Counted from the first letter of the stretch, positions 8,836-18,730 are shown. The stretch: DNA of 64,000 nt from an uncultured Nitrososphaerales archaeon (GCA_964475215.1 CAYYVT010000106.1:1078-65077), one strand, 5' to 3'. Notes: a model not told the origin generated them from the sequence alone. Numbers and translations are program-made.

Positions 8836-9306
8836 ATGAACGAAGCCGCTAGGAGGACCTTGAAAAGGACGGCTAGGCCCACCGCCTCGGGCGACAGCTA
8901 CGCCAAGCTGCCTGAGGAGAGGCACAACCGCCTGGACGAAGCCCTGGCGGTCGACAGGCTTACGTCTCTGGTATCTCAGCTGAATAGTGAAGTCGAGAGG
9001 GGGGCGCTCGTGGTTGTCGAAGGGCTAAGGGACGAAAGGGCCCTTCAGCACCTAGGGTTCAGGACCAAGGCTTTCAAACTCTGCTACACCAGGAACGCGC
9101 TATCGGCCGTGATGTCTGAGGCCGAGTCCCATCACAAGGTCATCCTCCTCCTAGACTACGACCTCAAGGGGCGAAACCTAACTAGGAAGGTCGCTTCAAT
9201 GCTGCAGAACAAAGGCATTCGGGTCGATACCAGCTTTCGCCGCGAAATCAGGGCGATGACAAATGGCCTTGCAAATCATGTGGAGGACCTGAAACGTTTC
9301 ACTTGA
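8836..9306 (+). CDS. Small Toprim-domain protein (COG1658/UPF0292-like)
   Basis: 156 aa. VVVEGLRDERALQHLGF and ILLLDYDLKGRNL supply the Toprim E and DxD acidic motifs. The N-terminal ~45 aa look disordered, so the true start may be later. Confidence 0.55.
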   Translation: MNEAARRTLKRTARPTASGDSYAKLPEERHNRLDEALAVDRLTSLVSQLNSEVERGALVVVEGLRDERALQHLGFRTKAFKLCYTRNALSAVMSEAESHHKVILLLDYDLKGRNLTRKVASMLQNKGIRVDTSFRREIRAMTNGLANHVEDLKRFT

Positions 9307-9337
9307 AGAAAATGCGTCCCTTCGGACCGAAAAAAGG

Positions 9338-9398
9338 TTTATTATATCGCTCAAGGAGGCTCTAGCTGTTAACGCTTAGCGTTTAACACGTTAAACCG
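9338..9398 (+). promoter_or_regulatory. dnaG promoter (tttattatat) followed by a cluster of GTTAAC-like inverted/direct repeats
   Basis: A TATA-like box lies at 9338-9347. GTTAACGC (9368-9375) and GCGTTTAAC (9379-9387) form an imperfect hairpin, and a third acgttaaac copy lies at 9388-9396, all just upstream of ATG 9410. Confidence 0.35.
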
Positions 9399-9409
9399 GA
9401 CTGAATGAG

Positions 9410-10636
9410 ATGAATGGGAAAATGCCCGAATCGAGCATTATTAAGTATATGGTACGGCTAAAGTTTAACATCGACGGAGTGGTAGAAAAGGCAGACGTCA
9501 TCGGCGCTATTTTCGGCCAGACGGAAGGCCTTTTCGGGCCCGAGCTTAACCTCAACGAACTTCAGAAGAACTGGAAGATCGGGAGGATAGAAATCAACCT
9601 GACCTCGAAGAACGACCAGACCTACGGCGAGGTCCTGATCCCGTCGTCCACGGATATCACCACGGCTGCCCTCCTGGCCGCCGCGGTCGAAAGCGTGGAC
9701 AAGGTGGGACCATGCGCCGCCAGGTTCCAGCTGGTGGAGATCGAGGACGTGAGGGCTTCCAAGAGGAAGCTCATCAGCGACAGGGCGAAGGAGATCCTCA
9801 AGATGTGGTCCGCCAAGTCCACCAGTGAAGGCGAGGAGCTCGTCCGGGAGGTCACGGAAGCCGCCAAGCCCGGAAGGATAGCCTCGTATGGCCCGGAGGG
9901 GCTTCCCGCAGGACCCGGCATGTTCAACGCGGAAACCGTGATACTTGTAGAAGGGAGGGCCGACGTGCTCAACCTGCTGAGGGCCGGAGTCGACAACACG
10001 CTTGCGGTTGAAGGGGCGAAGATCCCCGACTCGGTCATAAAACTGGCCAAAGAACGCAACCTGATCGCCTTCCTCGACGGGGACCGAGGTGGCGACCTAA
10101 TCCAAAAAGAGCTTCAGCAAGTGGCGAAGGTTTCGCGAGTCTACCGCGCACCTGCAGGCAAGGAGGTCGAGGAACTGACGCCTGTCGAACTCCTTGACAT
10201 ACTGCAGGGAAGGAGGGAGGAGAGGAGGGAAGAGCGGAGAGAGGCAAGGAGGGAAGAAAGGAGGGAGGAGCCCAGAGAAGAGCTTCCTTCACCGCCTCCA
10301 AGGGTCGCAGTCCCAAAGCCCACCGTCAAGCTTCCAGAGAAGCTCGGCGGCAAGCTGAAGGACATCTTCCCCGATCTCAAGGACAGCCTTGAAGCCTACA
10401 TCTTGGACGAAGAGCTGAACGTTCTGGGCCATCTCCCTGTGAGCGAGCTTGCATCCTCGTTGGCTGGGTTCAAGGGCGCCAAGCACATAGTGTTCGACGG
10501 AATAGTGACTCAGAGGCTGGTGGACGCGGCGGCGAAGGCCGGAGTGACGACCATCATAGGCTACAAGGTGTCGGACGCAATCAAGAAGCCTGACGGCTCC
10601 CTCATAGAGACCTTCTCCTCCGTCGGACTCGCATAA
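9410..10636 (+). CDS. dnaG: Archaeal DnaG-type Toprim protein (primase homologue / exosome subunit)
   Basis: 408 aa. The N-terminus IKYMVRLKFNIDGVVEKADVIGAIFGQTEGLFG is characteristic of archaeal DnaG, and the Toprim motifs are ILVEGRADV and FLDGDRGGD. It contains an unusual RREERREERREARREERREEPREE insert. Confidence 0.9.
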   Translation: MNGKMPESSIIKYMVRLKFNIDGVVEKADVIGAIFGQTEGLFGPELNLNELQKNWKIGRIEINLTSKNDQTYGEVLIPSSTDITTAALLAAAVESVDKVGPCAARFQLVEIEDVRASKRKLISDRAKEILKMWSAKSTSEGEELVREVTEAAKPGRIASYGPEGLPAGPGMFNAETVILVEGRADVLNLLRAGVDNTLAVEGAKIPDSVIKLAKERNLIAFLDGDRGGDLIQKELQQVAKVSRVYRAPAGKEVEELTPVELLDILQGRREERREERREARREERREEPREELPSPPPRVAVPKPTVKLPEKLGGKLKDIFPDLKDSLEAYILDEELNVLGHLPVSELASSLAGFKGAKHIVFDGIVTQRLVDAAAKAGVTTIIGYKVSDAIKKPDGSLIETFSSVGLA

Positions 10637-10647
10637 GCTGTTGGACA

Positions 10648-11715
10648 TTGCTCTTCCGCTGGGCGGATGGCAGGAAGGCGCTGTTCCTTAAGCCTCTGAA
10701 CGCGCAGGACATATGGACTCTGCGTAGGATTGTCTCTATTGGCGACCAGGTCCAATCCTGGACCACCCGCGAAGTGAAACTAGAAGGCGAGTTCCAGAGG
10801 CCCGACAAGGGCAGGAGGGTGAGCGTAAAGGTGAAGGTCGATGTCGAAGCTGTCCACTACGACAACGACCTCGGGAGGCTCAGAATAAAGGGACGGATCT
10901 CTGAGTCCGACAACGAACTCGTTCCTCACGGCTCATACCACTCCATCGAAGTGGAGCCGGCATCAGAGATCACTCTCTGGAGGGACAGGTACCCCGGCTG
11001 GCTCCTTGGATTGCTATCCAAGAGAGGGAAGGTAGAGAGCACGATCATCGTCGCCATCGACTCGAGGGAAGCCGGCGTAGGCCTCCTAACCGGCATGACA
11101 TTGAAATTCTACGGTGTCGTGGAATCGGGGATCTCCGGAAAGGCGTACGCACAGGACCACGACAAGCTTTCGAAGGCCTACTTCCGAAGCGTAGTGGATC
11201 TCCTTAGGACAGTGGTCCAGGCGTCGCCCGGCGCTAGGATCGTTTTGGCGGGCCCCGGGAATCTCAAGAACCAATTTAATAACTACCTCGCATCGGCGGG
11301 CTTTCCCTCCAAGGCTGCCGTCGTAGACGGGTTCGACCTGGCGGGCGAAGATGGCGTTCGGCTGCTCCTAGCCAACAGCGCCTTCAGGGAGCTGCTCTCT
11401 GACACCGAGTTCAGTCACGTTCAGAGTCTGGTGGACCGTGCGAAGATCTCCCTAGCCAAGGGCGATGGCAAGCTCGCCATGGGCTTTGCGAACTGTCAGA
11501 CGGCGGCTTTTCAAGGCGCAATCGGTTCATTGCTCATCTCAGACGCAGTCTTCAGGATTACCGATGAGGAATCGGTCGTCGGGCTGGCCAACGGGGTTGA
11601 GGCGAAAGCTGGGGAGGTCGTCCTCCTCGACTCCTCAACCCTCTTGGGAGGACAGGTGGACGGCATGGGAGGCGCGGTGGCCCTACTGAGGTATCCGGTA
11701 GCCTCCTTTACCTGA
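10648..11715 (+). CDS. pelA: Pelota / Dom34 ribosome-rescue factor
   Basis: 355 aa. The N-terminus L.PLNAQDIWTLRRIVSIGDQV..WTTREV and an eRF1-like central and C-terminal architecture. It has a TTG start. Confidence 0.85.
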   Translation: MLFRWADGRKALFLKPLNAQDIWTLRRIVSIGDQVQSWTTREVKLEGEFQRPDKGRRVSVKVKVDVEAVHYDNDLGRLRIKGRISESDNELVPHGSYHSIEVEPASEITLWRDRYPGWLLGLLSKRGKVESTIIVAIDSREAGVGLLTGMTLKFYGVVESGISGKAYAQDHDKLSKAYFRSVVDLLRTVVQASPGARIVLAGPGNLKNQFNNYLASAGFPSKAAVVDGFDLAGEDGVRLLLANSAFRELLSDTEFSHVQSLVDRAKISLAKGDGKLAMGFANCQTAAFQGAIGSLLISDAVFRITDEESVVGLANGVEAKAGEVVLLDSSTLLGGQVDGMGGAVALLRYPVASFT

Positions 11716-11968
11716 GCATCTGGTTCGCTATCGCGAGGATGACGGAGAGGATTACGAAGTCTCTCCCCAGCCTCCTGTTCAAGTGGGAGAAGTACAGTAT
11801 GGAGCCGGTCAGCAACAGCACCACCGCCAAAGGTATGGAGATCTGCACGACGAGAGAGATTATCTCCTCTAAGATGGCCTTTAGGAACTCGGCTATGCCG
11901 GCGACCGCGTTCTGCGCCAAGTTCGACAGGCCCTGCAACGCGGAGTCGTTGAATGGTCCCCCGCTCAT
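11708..11968 (-). CDS. Small membrane protein (2 predicted TM helices), unknown function
   Basis: 86-aa ORF MSGGPFNDSALQGL...ISLVVQISIPLAVVLLLTGSILYF...FVILSVILAIANQML. It overlaps the end of pelA by 8 nt on the opposite strand. Confidence 0.45.
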   Translation of the reverse strand: MSGGPFNDSALQGLSNLAQNAVAGIAEFLKAILEEIISLVVQISIPLAVVLLLTGSILYFSHLNRRLGRDFVILSVILAIANQMLR

Positions 11969-12065
11969 CTGTCTTCATGCCTTACCCTCGATATAAGCAC
12001 CCACGGAGTCGCCCCCTCGATGCCTTTATAGAAGCGACGGTGTAGCCCAGTGAAAGGTACGGTCG

Positions 12066-13247
12066 TTGAACTACTACGAAGAGCTCCTCATAGGCTTCAT
12101 CGTCTTCTGGGGCGCCCTCTACGTGCTCGGCCGAATTCCATTTCTCAAGAAGAGGGGCTTCGACGTCGGCCCCTTCTACTTCATGTTCAGGATCTATAAC
12201 GTCAACGCCTTCTTCGACAGGCTGGCGAAGCGAAAGAGGCTCGTGAATGCATTTGCCACACTGGGGGTCGTGGCCGGCGTCTTTCTCGCGGCCTATGCCA
12301 TCTGGTTCCTCCTCAACAACATCCTTGACCTGTTCTACGCCCCCTCGCGGTTCCAAGCGGTGACACTCGTCGTGCCCTTCGTGACCATTCAGAGCTCCCA
12401 GCTGCTCATCTATTTCTTCGCCTCAATCCCGATCATACTAATCATTCACGAGTTCTCACACGCTGTCGTCGCCCGCCGTGAAGGCATCGCGCTCAAAGAC
12501 GGTGGAATCGCCCTCTTCGCAATCCTCATAGCCGGCTTCGTGGAGCCAGACGAAAAGGAATTCAAGGCAGCTGCGCCGGAGAAACGGAGGAGGGTCCTCG
12601 CAGCTGGAAGCTGGTCCAACATCCTCCTGGCCGCCCTCGTAGTCGCCTTGCTACTCTTCCAGCCTGCCTTGGCCTTCTGGATTCCTTCGCCGATAAGGTC
12701 TGCCTTCTATGGCCCAGAAGGGGGCATCGCCATCACAGGATTCTACTCCAGCGCAGGGATCCAGCTGAGCGGAGCGAAAGTGGGGGACGCCATTACGGAG
12801 GTGAACGGTGTCACCACCCGTGACCTGAACCAGCTCAACGACATCACGCTTCCCGTGAACCAGACCATATCAGTTCAGATCCTCTCCGAGGGCGTGACCA
12901 AGACAGTCGAGGTCACCACCATTCCGAACCCCAACAACGCCTCCAGGGGGGCCTTGGGCATCTACGGTGAAACCTACTACCCGCCCTACGTAGCCGTCCC
13001 CGTCATGCCAGCCTGGATCTTCTCCTTCCTCCTATGGCTAGCCTACTTCTCCGGCATAGTCGGGGCCTTCAACATGCTTCCCATGGTCCCCTTCGACGGA
13101 GAGGGCTACATGACCTCCTTCCTTGAAAGATACCTTCCAAAGAGCGCCGCGCTCTATGTCAGGTACGCCGTCAACGCGCTGATCTTCGCGCTCTTCGCGG
13201 GCAATCTTGTGGTTAGTCTTTTTAGAGTAGGGTTCAGGCCACTATAG
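12066..13247 (+). CDS. Site-2 protease family (M50) intramembrane metalloprotease with a PDZ domain
   Basis: 393 aa. HEFSHAVVAR (HExxH) lies in a TM helix. There is a central PDZ-like segment (GAKVGDAITEVNGV) and a distal NMLPMVPFDGEG (LDG-type) motif. Confidence 0.8.
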   Translation: MNYYEELLIGFIVFWGALYVLGRIPFLKKRGFDVGPFYFMFRIYNVNAFFDRLAKRKRLVNAFATLGVVAGVFLAAYAIWFLLNNILDLFYAPSRFQAVTLVVPFVTIQSSQLLIYFFASIPIILIIHEFSHAVVARREGIALKDGGIALFAILIAGFVEPDEKEFKAAAPEKRRRVLAAGSWSNILLAALVVALLLFQPALAFWIPSPIRSAFYGPEGGIAITGFYSSAGIQLSGAKVGDAITEVNGVTTRDLNQLNDITLPVNQTISVQILSEGVTKTVEVTTIPNPNNASRGALGIYGETYYPPYVAVPVMPAWIFSFLLWLAYFSGIVGAFNMLPMVPFDGEGYMTSFLERYLPKSAALYVRYAVNALIFALFAGNLVVSLFRVGFRPL

Positions 13248-13254
13248 TGGGCTA

Positions 13255-14178
13255 ATGCCAGCAATTTGCGACACATGTGGCAAAGATGTGTTCTACCGGA
13301 GGGCCTACTCTGGCGAGTCCCTGTGCCGATCATGTTTCGTCGCTTCCATCGAAGACAAGGTCAAGCGGACCATCGCCAAGCACCAGATGTTCCGCCACGG
13401 GGACCGAATCGGCGTGGCCGTCTCCGGTGGGAAGGACAGCCTCAGCCTCCTCAAAATACTTGCCAAGGTGACAGAGGGACACGCGAGCACGCTCGTCGCC
13501 CTGACCATCGATGAGGGGATTGAAGGTTACCGGGCCGAATCGCTGCAGTACGCCGCTGAAGTGGCGAGCTCGTTGGGAGTCCCTCACCTTCTCTTCTCAT
13601 ACAAGGAGCTCTTCGGCTTCACCTTGGACGAGTTCCTTAGGGTCAGGAGGACCAAGCTATCGTCCTGCGCCATCTGCGGGACCTTTCGCCGGAGGGCCAT
13701 CGACATCGCCTCGACAAAAGCGGGGATCACCGTCCTAGCCACCGGCCACAACCTTGATGACACGATTCAGACCTTTCTGATCAACCTCCTGAACGGCGAC
13801 CTCAAGCGCGTCGCCTGGTTGAACTCCGACGGGAACCCAACGGAGGGATTCAGGGTGCGCCGCGTCCATCCCTTTCTAGAGGTGTACGAAAAGGAGATAG
13901 CCCTCTACGCCTTCGCCAACGAGACTCCCATGCAGAGCATTCGCTGCCCCTACATGGACGAGGGGATGAGGTCAAGCGTCAGGGCCTACCTGAACGATAT
14001 GGAGGAGAAGCACGCCGGGATGAAGTATACCCTCCTTAGGTCCGCTCTTGAGCTGTCCGATGGGCTGGTCGTCCAGCAGCCGCCGGTCCTGGCCTGCAGC
14101 CGATGCGGGTTCCCCAGCACCAGCGACCCTTGCTCTCTGTGCTCCTTGCTCGACGCGGTCAAGCCCGTCAGTGTTTAA
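13255..14178 (+). CDS. PP-loop ATPase, tRNA 2-thiolation protein (NcsA/Ncs6/TtcA family)
   Basis: 307 aa. The PP-loop is GVAVSGGKDS. CxxC pairs occur at both ends (CDTCGK..CRSC, CSRCG..CSLC), with a central CAICG. Confidence 0.85.
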   Translation: MPAICDTCGKDVFYRRAYSGESLCRSCFVASIEDKVKRTIAKHQMFRHGDRIGVAVSGGKDSLSLLKILAKVTEGHASTLVALTIDEGIEGYRAESLQYAAEVASSLGVPHLLFSYKELFGFTLDEFLRVRRTKLSSCAICGTFRRRAIDIASTKAGITVLATGHNLDDTIQTFLINLLNGDLKRVAWLNSDGNPTEGFRVRRVHPFLEVYEKEIALYAFANETPMQSIRCPYMDEGMRSSVRAYLNDMEEKHAGMKYTLLRSALELSDGLVVQQPPVLACSRCGFPSTSDPCSLCSLLDAVKPVSV

Positions 14179-14182
14179 TTAC
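14173..14182 (+). promoter_or_regulatory. TATA-like box upstream of the SRP RNA gene
   Basis: gtttaattac lies about 20-25 nt upstream of the predicted SRP RNA 5' end and closely resembles the 5S promoter box. Confidence 0.45.
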
Positions 14183-14196
14183 CCTAATTCCCTGCT

Positions 14197-14525
14197 AGGG
14201 CTGGGCGGCGGGTAGGGTTGGGGGGCCAGCCGTCCCCCGTACCTGAAACCGGCTACAAGCAGGAGCCAGTAACCCGTAGGCGAACCCTGTCTGGCCGCCG
14301 TTTCCGGCAGGCACCGGAAGCTGAACCCGCGCCCCAGCGGGTCGTTACGAAGGGGAATGGGCCCTTCGAAGGAAGGGTTCCACTCTTGAACCGGCGAAAC
14401 GAGTCAGGCCCGGGAGGGAGCAGCTCTAAGTCGGGGTGGTGACGCTGTTGGGCCTACGTGGGGGATTCACGGGCTTGACCGGAGCGGTGGTTGGCTCGGG
14501 AAAACTGCGGGAGCTGCCGCCCTTC
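14197..14525 (+). ncRNA. Signal recognition particle RNA (archaeal 7S RNA)
   Basis: The conserved helix-8 motif gtcaggcccgggagggagcagc lies at 14403-14424. The 5' GGGCGGCGG (14203-14211) pairs with CUGCCGCCC (14513-14521). The length of about 330 nt fits archaeal SRP RNA, and a T-rich tail follows. The ends are approximate. Confidence 0.85.
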
Positions 14526-14597
14526 TTCAGCACAGCCACGGCTGGCGCGTGGCCAAAATGGGCCATGGTCTGAACTGATAGACGTCCATTTTCTGAC

Positions 14598-16436
14598 CTA
14601 GTTAGCCGCCATCGACGGTTGCGTTTCGACGACCTTCTCCAACTCGGTCAGGAAATGTTCGAACCTCTTGAATCCAAGCTCCCAAAAGGATGGATCGGTG
14701 ACGTCCAGCCCCACCAATTCCCCTATCTGAGCTGGAGATAAGCTGCTGCCAGCTGACAGCGCCTCCTTGAACTTCGGGACGAAACCCTTCCCCTCTTGGA
14801 GATACTTTTCGTAGACCGCATAGACGAAGAGCTGAGCGTAGACGTAAGGGTAGTTGTAGAATCTGTAATTCGAGAAGTAGTAATGGGGCTTCATCGTCCA
14901 CTCCGCTTCAAGCTCGTCGAACCAAGACACGTCGGTTCCGTAGATCCTGTCCCTCGCCTGCGTCCAGCGCCGGCATATCCCTTTGTAGTCCAGATATTCC
15001 CCCTTTGTAATCGCATCGTAGAGGCTCTGCTCGAACCAGGCCCTCGCCGTCACCTGGAATATCACCATCCCGGCGTCGTCGAGCACGTGACAGAGCACTG
15101 CCATGCGCTCCTCGTCGGATTTCGGCTTGCTCAGAAGGAGGTCAGTAAGCAGGAGCTCGCCGAAGATGGAGGCGGTCTCCGCCACTATCGACGGGATGTC
15201 CATATTCATCATGGTCTGGCGCCTCTCGTAATAGTAGTCGTGGGTGGCGTGGCCAAGCTCGTGAGCCAGGGTATATACGTCGTCGAGGTAGCCGTTGAAA
15301 CTGGATAGGACGAAGGCGGACTTCCCTCCAGGCCACGGGGCGCAGAAGGCCCCGTTGAGCTTGCCGAACCTCGGTGACGAATCCAGATGCCTCTTGGTGA
15401 ACATGTCCTTCACGGCGAAGGAGTAATCCTCGTCGAACCTGGCGTACGCTTCGGTCACAAGCTCCCTGGCCGAGGCGTAGTCGTACCTGACTTTGGCCAG
15501 CGCCGGAAGAGGCGCAACTATATCATGGCAACCCAGCTTGGGAAGCCCCATCAGCTTAGCCTTAAGCCTCAGATACCGTCTGTACAGCTCGACGTGTCTT
15601 GCCACGGCTTCAAGCACGCCGTCCACGATCCGTTGTTCCGTGTCGTTGGCAATCAGGCTAGCGCTCATGGGAGAACCATATCTCCGGACTCCGCACACGT
15701 TGATCCAGTCGTTGCAAATGCTCCTGAGGGCGGAAGCGAAGATCTCTCCCGACAGGCCCAAGGTGCCGTAAATGGAACGGTTGGCGGACTCCCTTGTCGC
15801 CCTGTCGTGATCGCTAAGCAGGCCGTTCGCCTCTCCGTAGCTCATCACCTTCTTCGCCCCTCCGACTACAACTGTGAATTCACGAGTGTTGAGCCACTTG
15901 TTTTGCAGCTCTTCCCATGCCTTGACCCCGAACTGGTCCTTGCTGATGATGAGCTTCTCCTCCGCCTCTGTCAGGATGTGGGGAGCCTTCCTGCCCAACC
16001 TCTCCAGGGCATGAGCGTAAGGCATCAGCTCCCGCTCCTTCGATATCCCTGGCTCCCCGGCTAGCCTAGCCACCAGCTCGATTTCGAAGAACGCCAACCC
16101 CCTGTTGATTTCCGCCACAACCTTGCTGACCTTGTCGTGAAGGAGCTGCGTATCGGGCAGGGTCATGTTAGCCTGGAACGCGAGCGTGGAGAACAGGTCC
16201 AGGTCAAAGGCCTTGGACTGCAATGCTTCGTATTCGCCTAAACATCTGGCCAAGTCGCCTGAGACTAGGCCGCCAATCTTCCCTTTGTACCGGGTGGCGA
16301 AGCTGCCTGCCTCCTTCAACGCCTCTTCTGTCGCCTTCTCGACCGCCGGATCCGTCGTGCTCGGGAAGATGCCGCTTATGTCCCATGAAACTTCTTCCAA
16401 GGTCTTCTCGTCTCTTGCACAATCTGAAATCGCCAA
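14598..16436 (-). CDS. pepF: Oligoendopeptidase F (M3B family)
   Basis: 612 aa. The zinc motif is HELGHATH, and the overall size and layout are typical of PepF. Confidence 0.88.
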   Translation of the reverse strand: MAISDCARDEKTLEEVSWDISGIFPSTTDPAVEKATEEALKEAGSFATRYKGKIGGLVSGDLARCLGEYEALQSKAFDLDLFSTLAFQANMTLPDTQLLHDKVSKVVAEINRGLAFFEIELVARLAGEPGISKERELMPYAHALERLGRKAPHILTEAEEKLIISKDQFGVKAWEELQNKWLNTREFTVVVGGAKKVMSYGEANGLLSDHDRATRESANRSIYGTLGLSGEIFASALRSICNDWINVCGVRRYGSPMSASLIANDTEQRIVDGVLEAVARHVELYRRYLRLKAKLMGLPKLGCHDIVAPLPALAKVRYDYASARELVTEAYARFDEDYSFAVKDMFTKRHLDSSPRFGKLNGAFCAPWPGGKSAFVLSSFNGYLDDVYTLAHELGHATHDYYYERRQTMMNMDIPSIVAETASIFGELLLTDLLLSKPKSDEERMAVLCHVLDDAGMVIFQVTARAWFEQSLYDAITKGEYLDYKGICRRWTQARDRIYGTDVSWFDELEAEWTMKPHYYFSNYRFYNYPYVYAQLFVYAVYEKYLQEGKGFVPKFKEALSAGSSLSPAQIGELVGLDVTDPSFWELGFKRFEHFLTELEKVVETQPSMAAN

Positions 16437-16665
16437 TGGTTAAGCGTTGCGACCCTTTGGATTCATCGGCATTCTGTATAGGGCCAGCCGCCCTAATTCT
16501 TCCACAGGTGTCTCATCCTGAAGTCCATAGCGGCATACGACGCCGGCTGTGGCCCCTGCATGAGGTTCAAGAAGGTCGTGAGATACATCGACGGGCGTCA
16601 TCGACTGGAATTCATGCCTCTCGTGGAAGCTGACGAGCGAGATCTCCTCTCGCGAAAGCAGGTCG

Positions 16666-16752
16666 TGGCGCCGGGGGCGGGATTTGAACCCGCGAGGGCT
16701 TTCGCCCACAGACTTAGCAGGCCTGCCCCCTACCAGGCTAGGGTACCCCGGC
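16666..16752 (-). tRNA. tRNA-Ser (anticodon GCU), class II, CCA encoded, no intron
   Basis: The rc reads GCCGGGG-TA-CCCTAGCCTGGTAGGG-..-CAGGC-CTGCTAA-GTCTG-T-GGGCGAAAGCCC-TC-GCGGG-TTCAAAT-CCCGC-CCCCGGC-G-CCA. The long variable arm and the GCT anticodon identify it. Confidence 0.9.
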
Positions 16753-16980
16753 TTCAAGGCAGAGCGTAATCCGGCGAGGTTAATCATCTTTATGTTGTCG
16801 AAGTCACCCGCTGGTCTAACGAAGGCCGTCCCCTTTCGACAGTTTGACATTTGAGATCGGCTAGATGCGCACTCCCAAAGGGTGCGCCATGAACCAAGAT
16901 TGTCAATGTAGAGCCTCCGCAAAAAGGGGGAACTAGGACTAATCTTATCTCCAAGTCTGCGAAGCCCGCGGCGTCGGGGG

Positions 16981-18690
16981 GTGATGAGAGTGAACTCGCC
17001 GAGGTTGTCAAGGTACTTCAGACCTCCGAGGTTGCGCACCCGCGAGCCATTCTTGGAGTACCTGGAGAAATGGGTCTTCCTCTCAGCTTTGCTGGGGATT
17101 GCTACCGGCGTAGTAGTAGCAATTTACGCCGGTATCACGCTGGATCTCTGGGGCATATCCAGCAAGCTCTACGTCAGCAATATGTGGCTGGTTGTGCCCG
17201 TCGTAGTCTCGGGTTTCCTGCTAAGCGGCTTTCTCGTAAGCGTTTCTCATCCCGCGGTCAACTCCGGCATCGAAGAAGTTGTGGAGGCGTACCATGCCAA
17301 CGAGAAGATGAAGCTCTCCTCCTTCCCCCTGAAAATGCTGGCCTCCGTTGCGACCATCGCTTCGGGTGGGTGCACGGGCTTCGAAGCTAACGCCATCTAC
17401 GCTGGGGGTGCGGCTGGGACCTGGCTCTGGAACAACCTCAAGAGGCTCAAGTTGAAGGACGACGACCGAGACATACTCCTGCTGGCCGGAGCCGCGGCCG
17501 GACTCGGAGCCGTGTTCAAGGCACCCCTGACGGGCATCATCTTCGCCCTCGAAGTGCCCTTCAAGGACGACCTCGCCCATGACGCCGTCATCCCTTCACT
17601 CATCGCCTCTGTTAGCTCCTACCTGACGCTCATTGGGATAATCGGCCCGACTCCACTGTTCAACTTCCCCGGCCTGACCTCCTTCACCGTCGGCGACATC
17701 GTCGCCTCTGCCCTCCTTGGCGCTGGAGTAGGTCTTTTCTCCTTGGCCTTCATGTTCCTATGGAAGAAGCTGCGTGGCCTCCTTGAGTTTTCACATAGGC
17801 GGTTCTACGTTGGGGCCTTCGTAGGCGCGGCCGTCATTTCGCTGGCGGGCCTCCTGGAAATTCACTACTTGGGGTTCCCCTATACTTTGGGAGTATCGTA
17901 CGCGCTCATCGCTTTTACCACCAAGTCGGGTGTGGCGCCAACGACGATGATCTTGCTCTTCGCCCTCGAAATGCTCTCGGCCGGCTTCACACTGAGGACC
18001 GCTGGGGTTGGAGGGCTTTTCGTGCCTCTGGCAGCTATGGGTGCCTCCCTCGGTGCGTTCTTCGGCCTCATCTTCTTCCCCGCTAGGGTGGACCTCTTTG
18101 TGGCCGCCGGACTCGCCGCCTTCGTTGCGGCTGGCTACAAGACACCACTGGCCGCGGTCACCTTCGTAGCCGAGACCACGGCGGGTCCAGGGTACCTCAT
18201 ACCTGCGCTAGTGTCCGCCGCCGTCAGCTACGCAATATCGGGGGAGATCTCTGTCTCCGAAGCCCAAAGGCTCACTGGCGAGGTCGACCTGGCCGACATC
18301 GGCCACCTTCCTGTGAGCGACATCATGACCCGCAGCGTCATTGCGGTTTCGGGGGAGCTCTCCTTACAGGACTTCGTCGATGAGTACCTCTTCAAGTTCC
18401 AATACAAGAGTTTCCCAGTGGTGGCCAAGGACGGTCCGGTCGGCACGATCTCCATGGCAAACGTGAGGGCTGTTCCTAAGGACCGCTGGTTCAATACGAG
18501 CGTCATTTCAGCATGCGATAAGTTCGTGCAACAGGTCTATCCGGACACCACCCTTCAGGACGCCCTAGACGTTATGTATCGGGAAGGAGTTGGCCGCCTT
18601 CTCGTAGTGAGCAGGGCAAATTCAAAGGAGGTGCTCGGAATCGTTGCGAAGACGGACGTCATCAACGCCGTCGAAAAGAGGAGACTCTAA
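16981..18690 (+). CDS. ClC-family chloride channel/transporter with a C-terminal CBS domain pair
   Basis: 569 aa. The ClC motifs are GSGIEE-like NSGIEE, GGCTGFEA and GLFVPL, followed by two CBS repeats (IMTRSVIAVS..., VGRLLVVS...). Confidence 0.88.
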   Translation: MMRVNSPRLSRYFRPPRLRTREPFLEYLEKWVFLSALLGIATGVVVAIYAGITLDLWGISSKLYVSNMWLVVPVVVSGFLLSGFLVSVSHPAVNSGIEEVVEAYHANEKMKLSSFPLKMLASVATIASGGCTGFEANAIYAGGAAGTWLWNNLKRLKLKDDDRDILLLAGAAAGLGAVFKAPLTGIIFALEVPFKDDLAHDAVIPSLIASVSSYLTLIGIIGPTPLFNFPGLTSFTVGDIVASALLGAGVGLFSLAFMFLWKKLRGLLEFSHRRFYVGAFVGAAVISLAGLLEIHYLGFPYTLGVSYALIAFTTKSGVAPTTMILLFALEMLSAGFTLRTAGVGGLFVPLAAMGASLGAFFGLIFFPARVDLFVAAGLAAFVAAGYKTPLAAVTFVAETTAGPGYLIPALVSAAVSYAISGEISVSEAQRLTGEVDLADIGHLPVSDIMTRSVIAVSGELSLQDFVDEYLFKFQYKSFPVVAKDGPVGTISMANVRAVPKDRWFNTSVISACDKFVQQVYPDTTLQDALDVMYREGVGRLLVVSRANSKEVLGIVAKTDVINAVEKRRL

Positions 18691-18730
18691 GGTCCGCCTG
18701 CCAAGACCTCTGCCTCTCTTCACGCCTCCC

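Noticed and set aside
10205-10290. Tandem purine-rich repeats, and the aag/ccg-rich repeats at 45100-45600, considered as CRISPR or satellite repeats.
   Set aside because: Both lie inside open reading frames and encode low-complexity protein segments (RREE repeats in DnaG, KP-rich tail in L13e). There is no repeat-spacer periodicity.
16440-17039. 199-aa minus-strand ORF spanning the tRNA-Ser gene.
   Set aside because: It reads straight through a well-formed tRNA-Ser (16666-16752) and its promoter, and it has no protein-like features.
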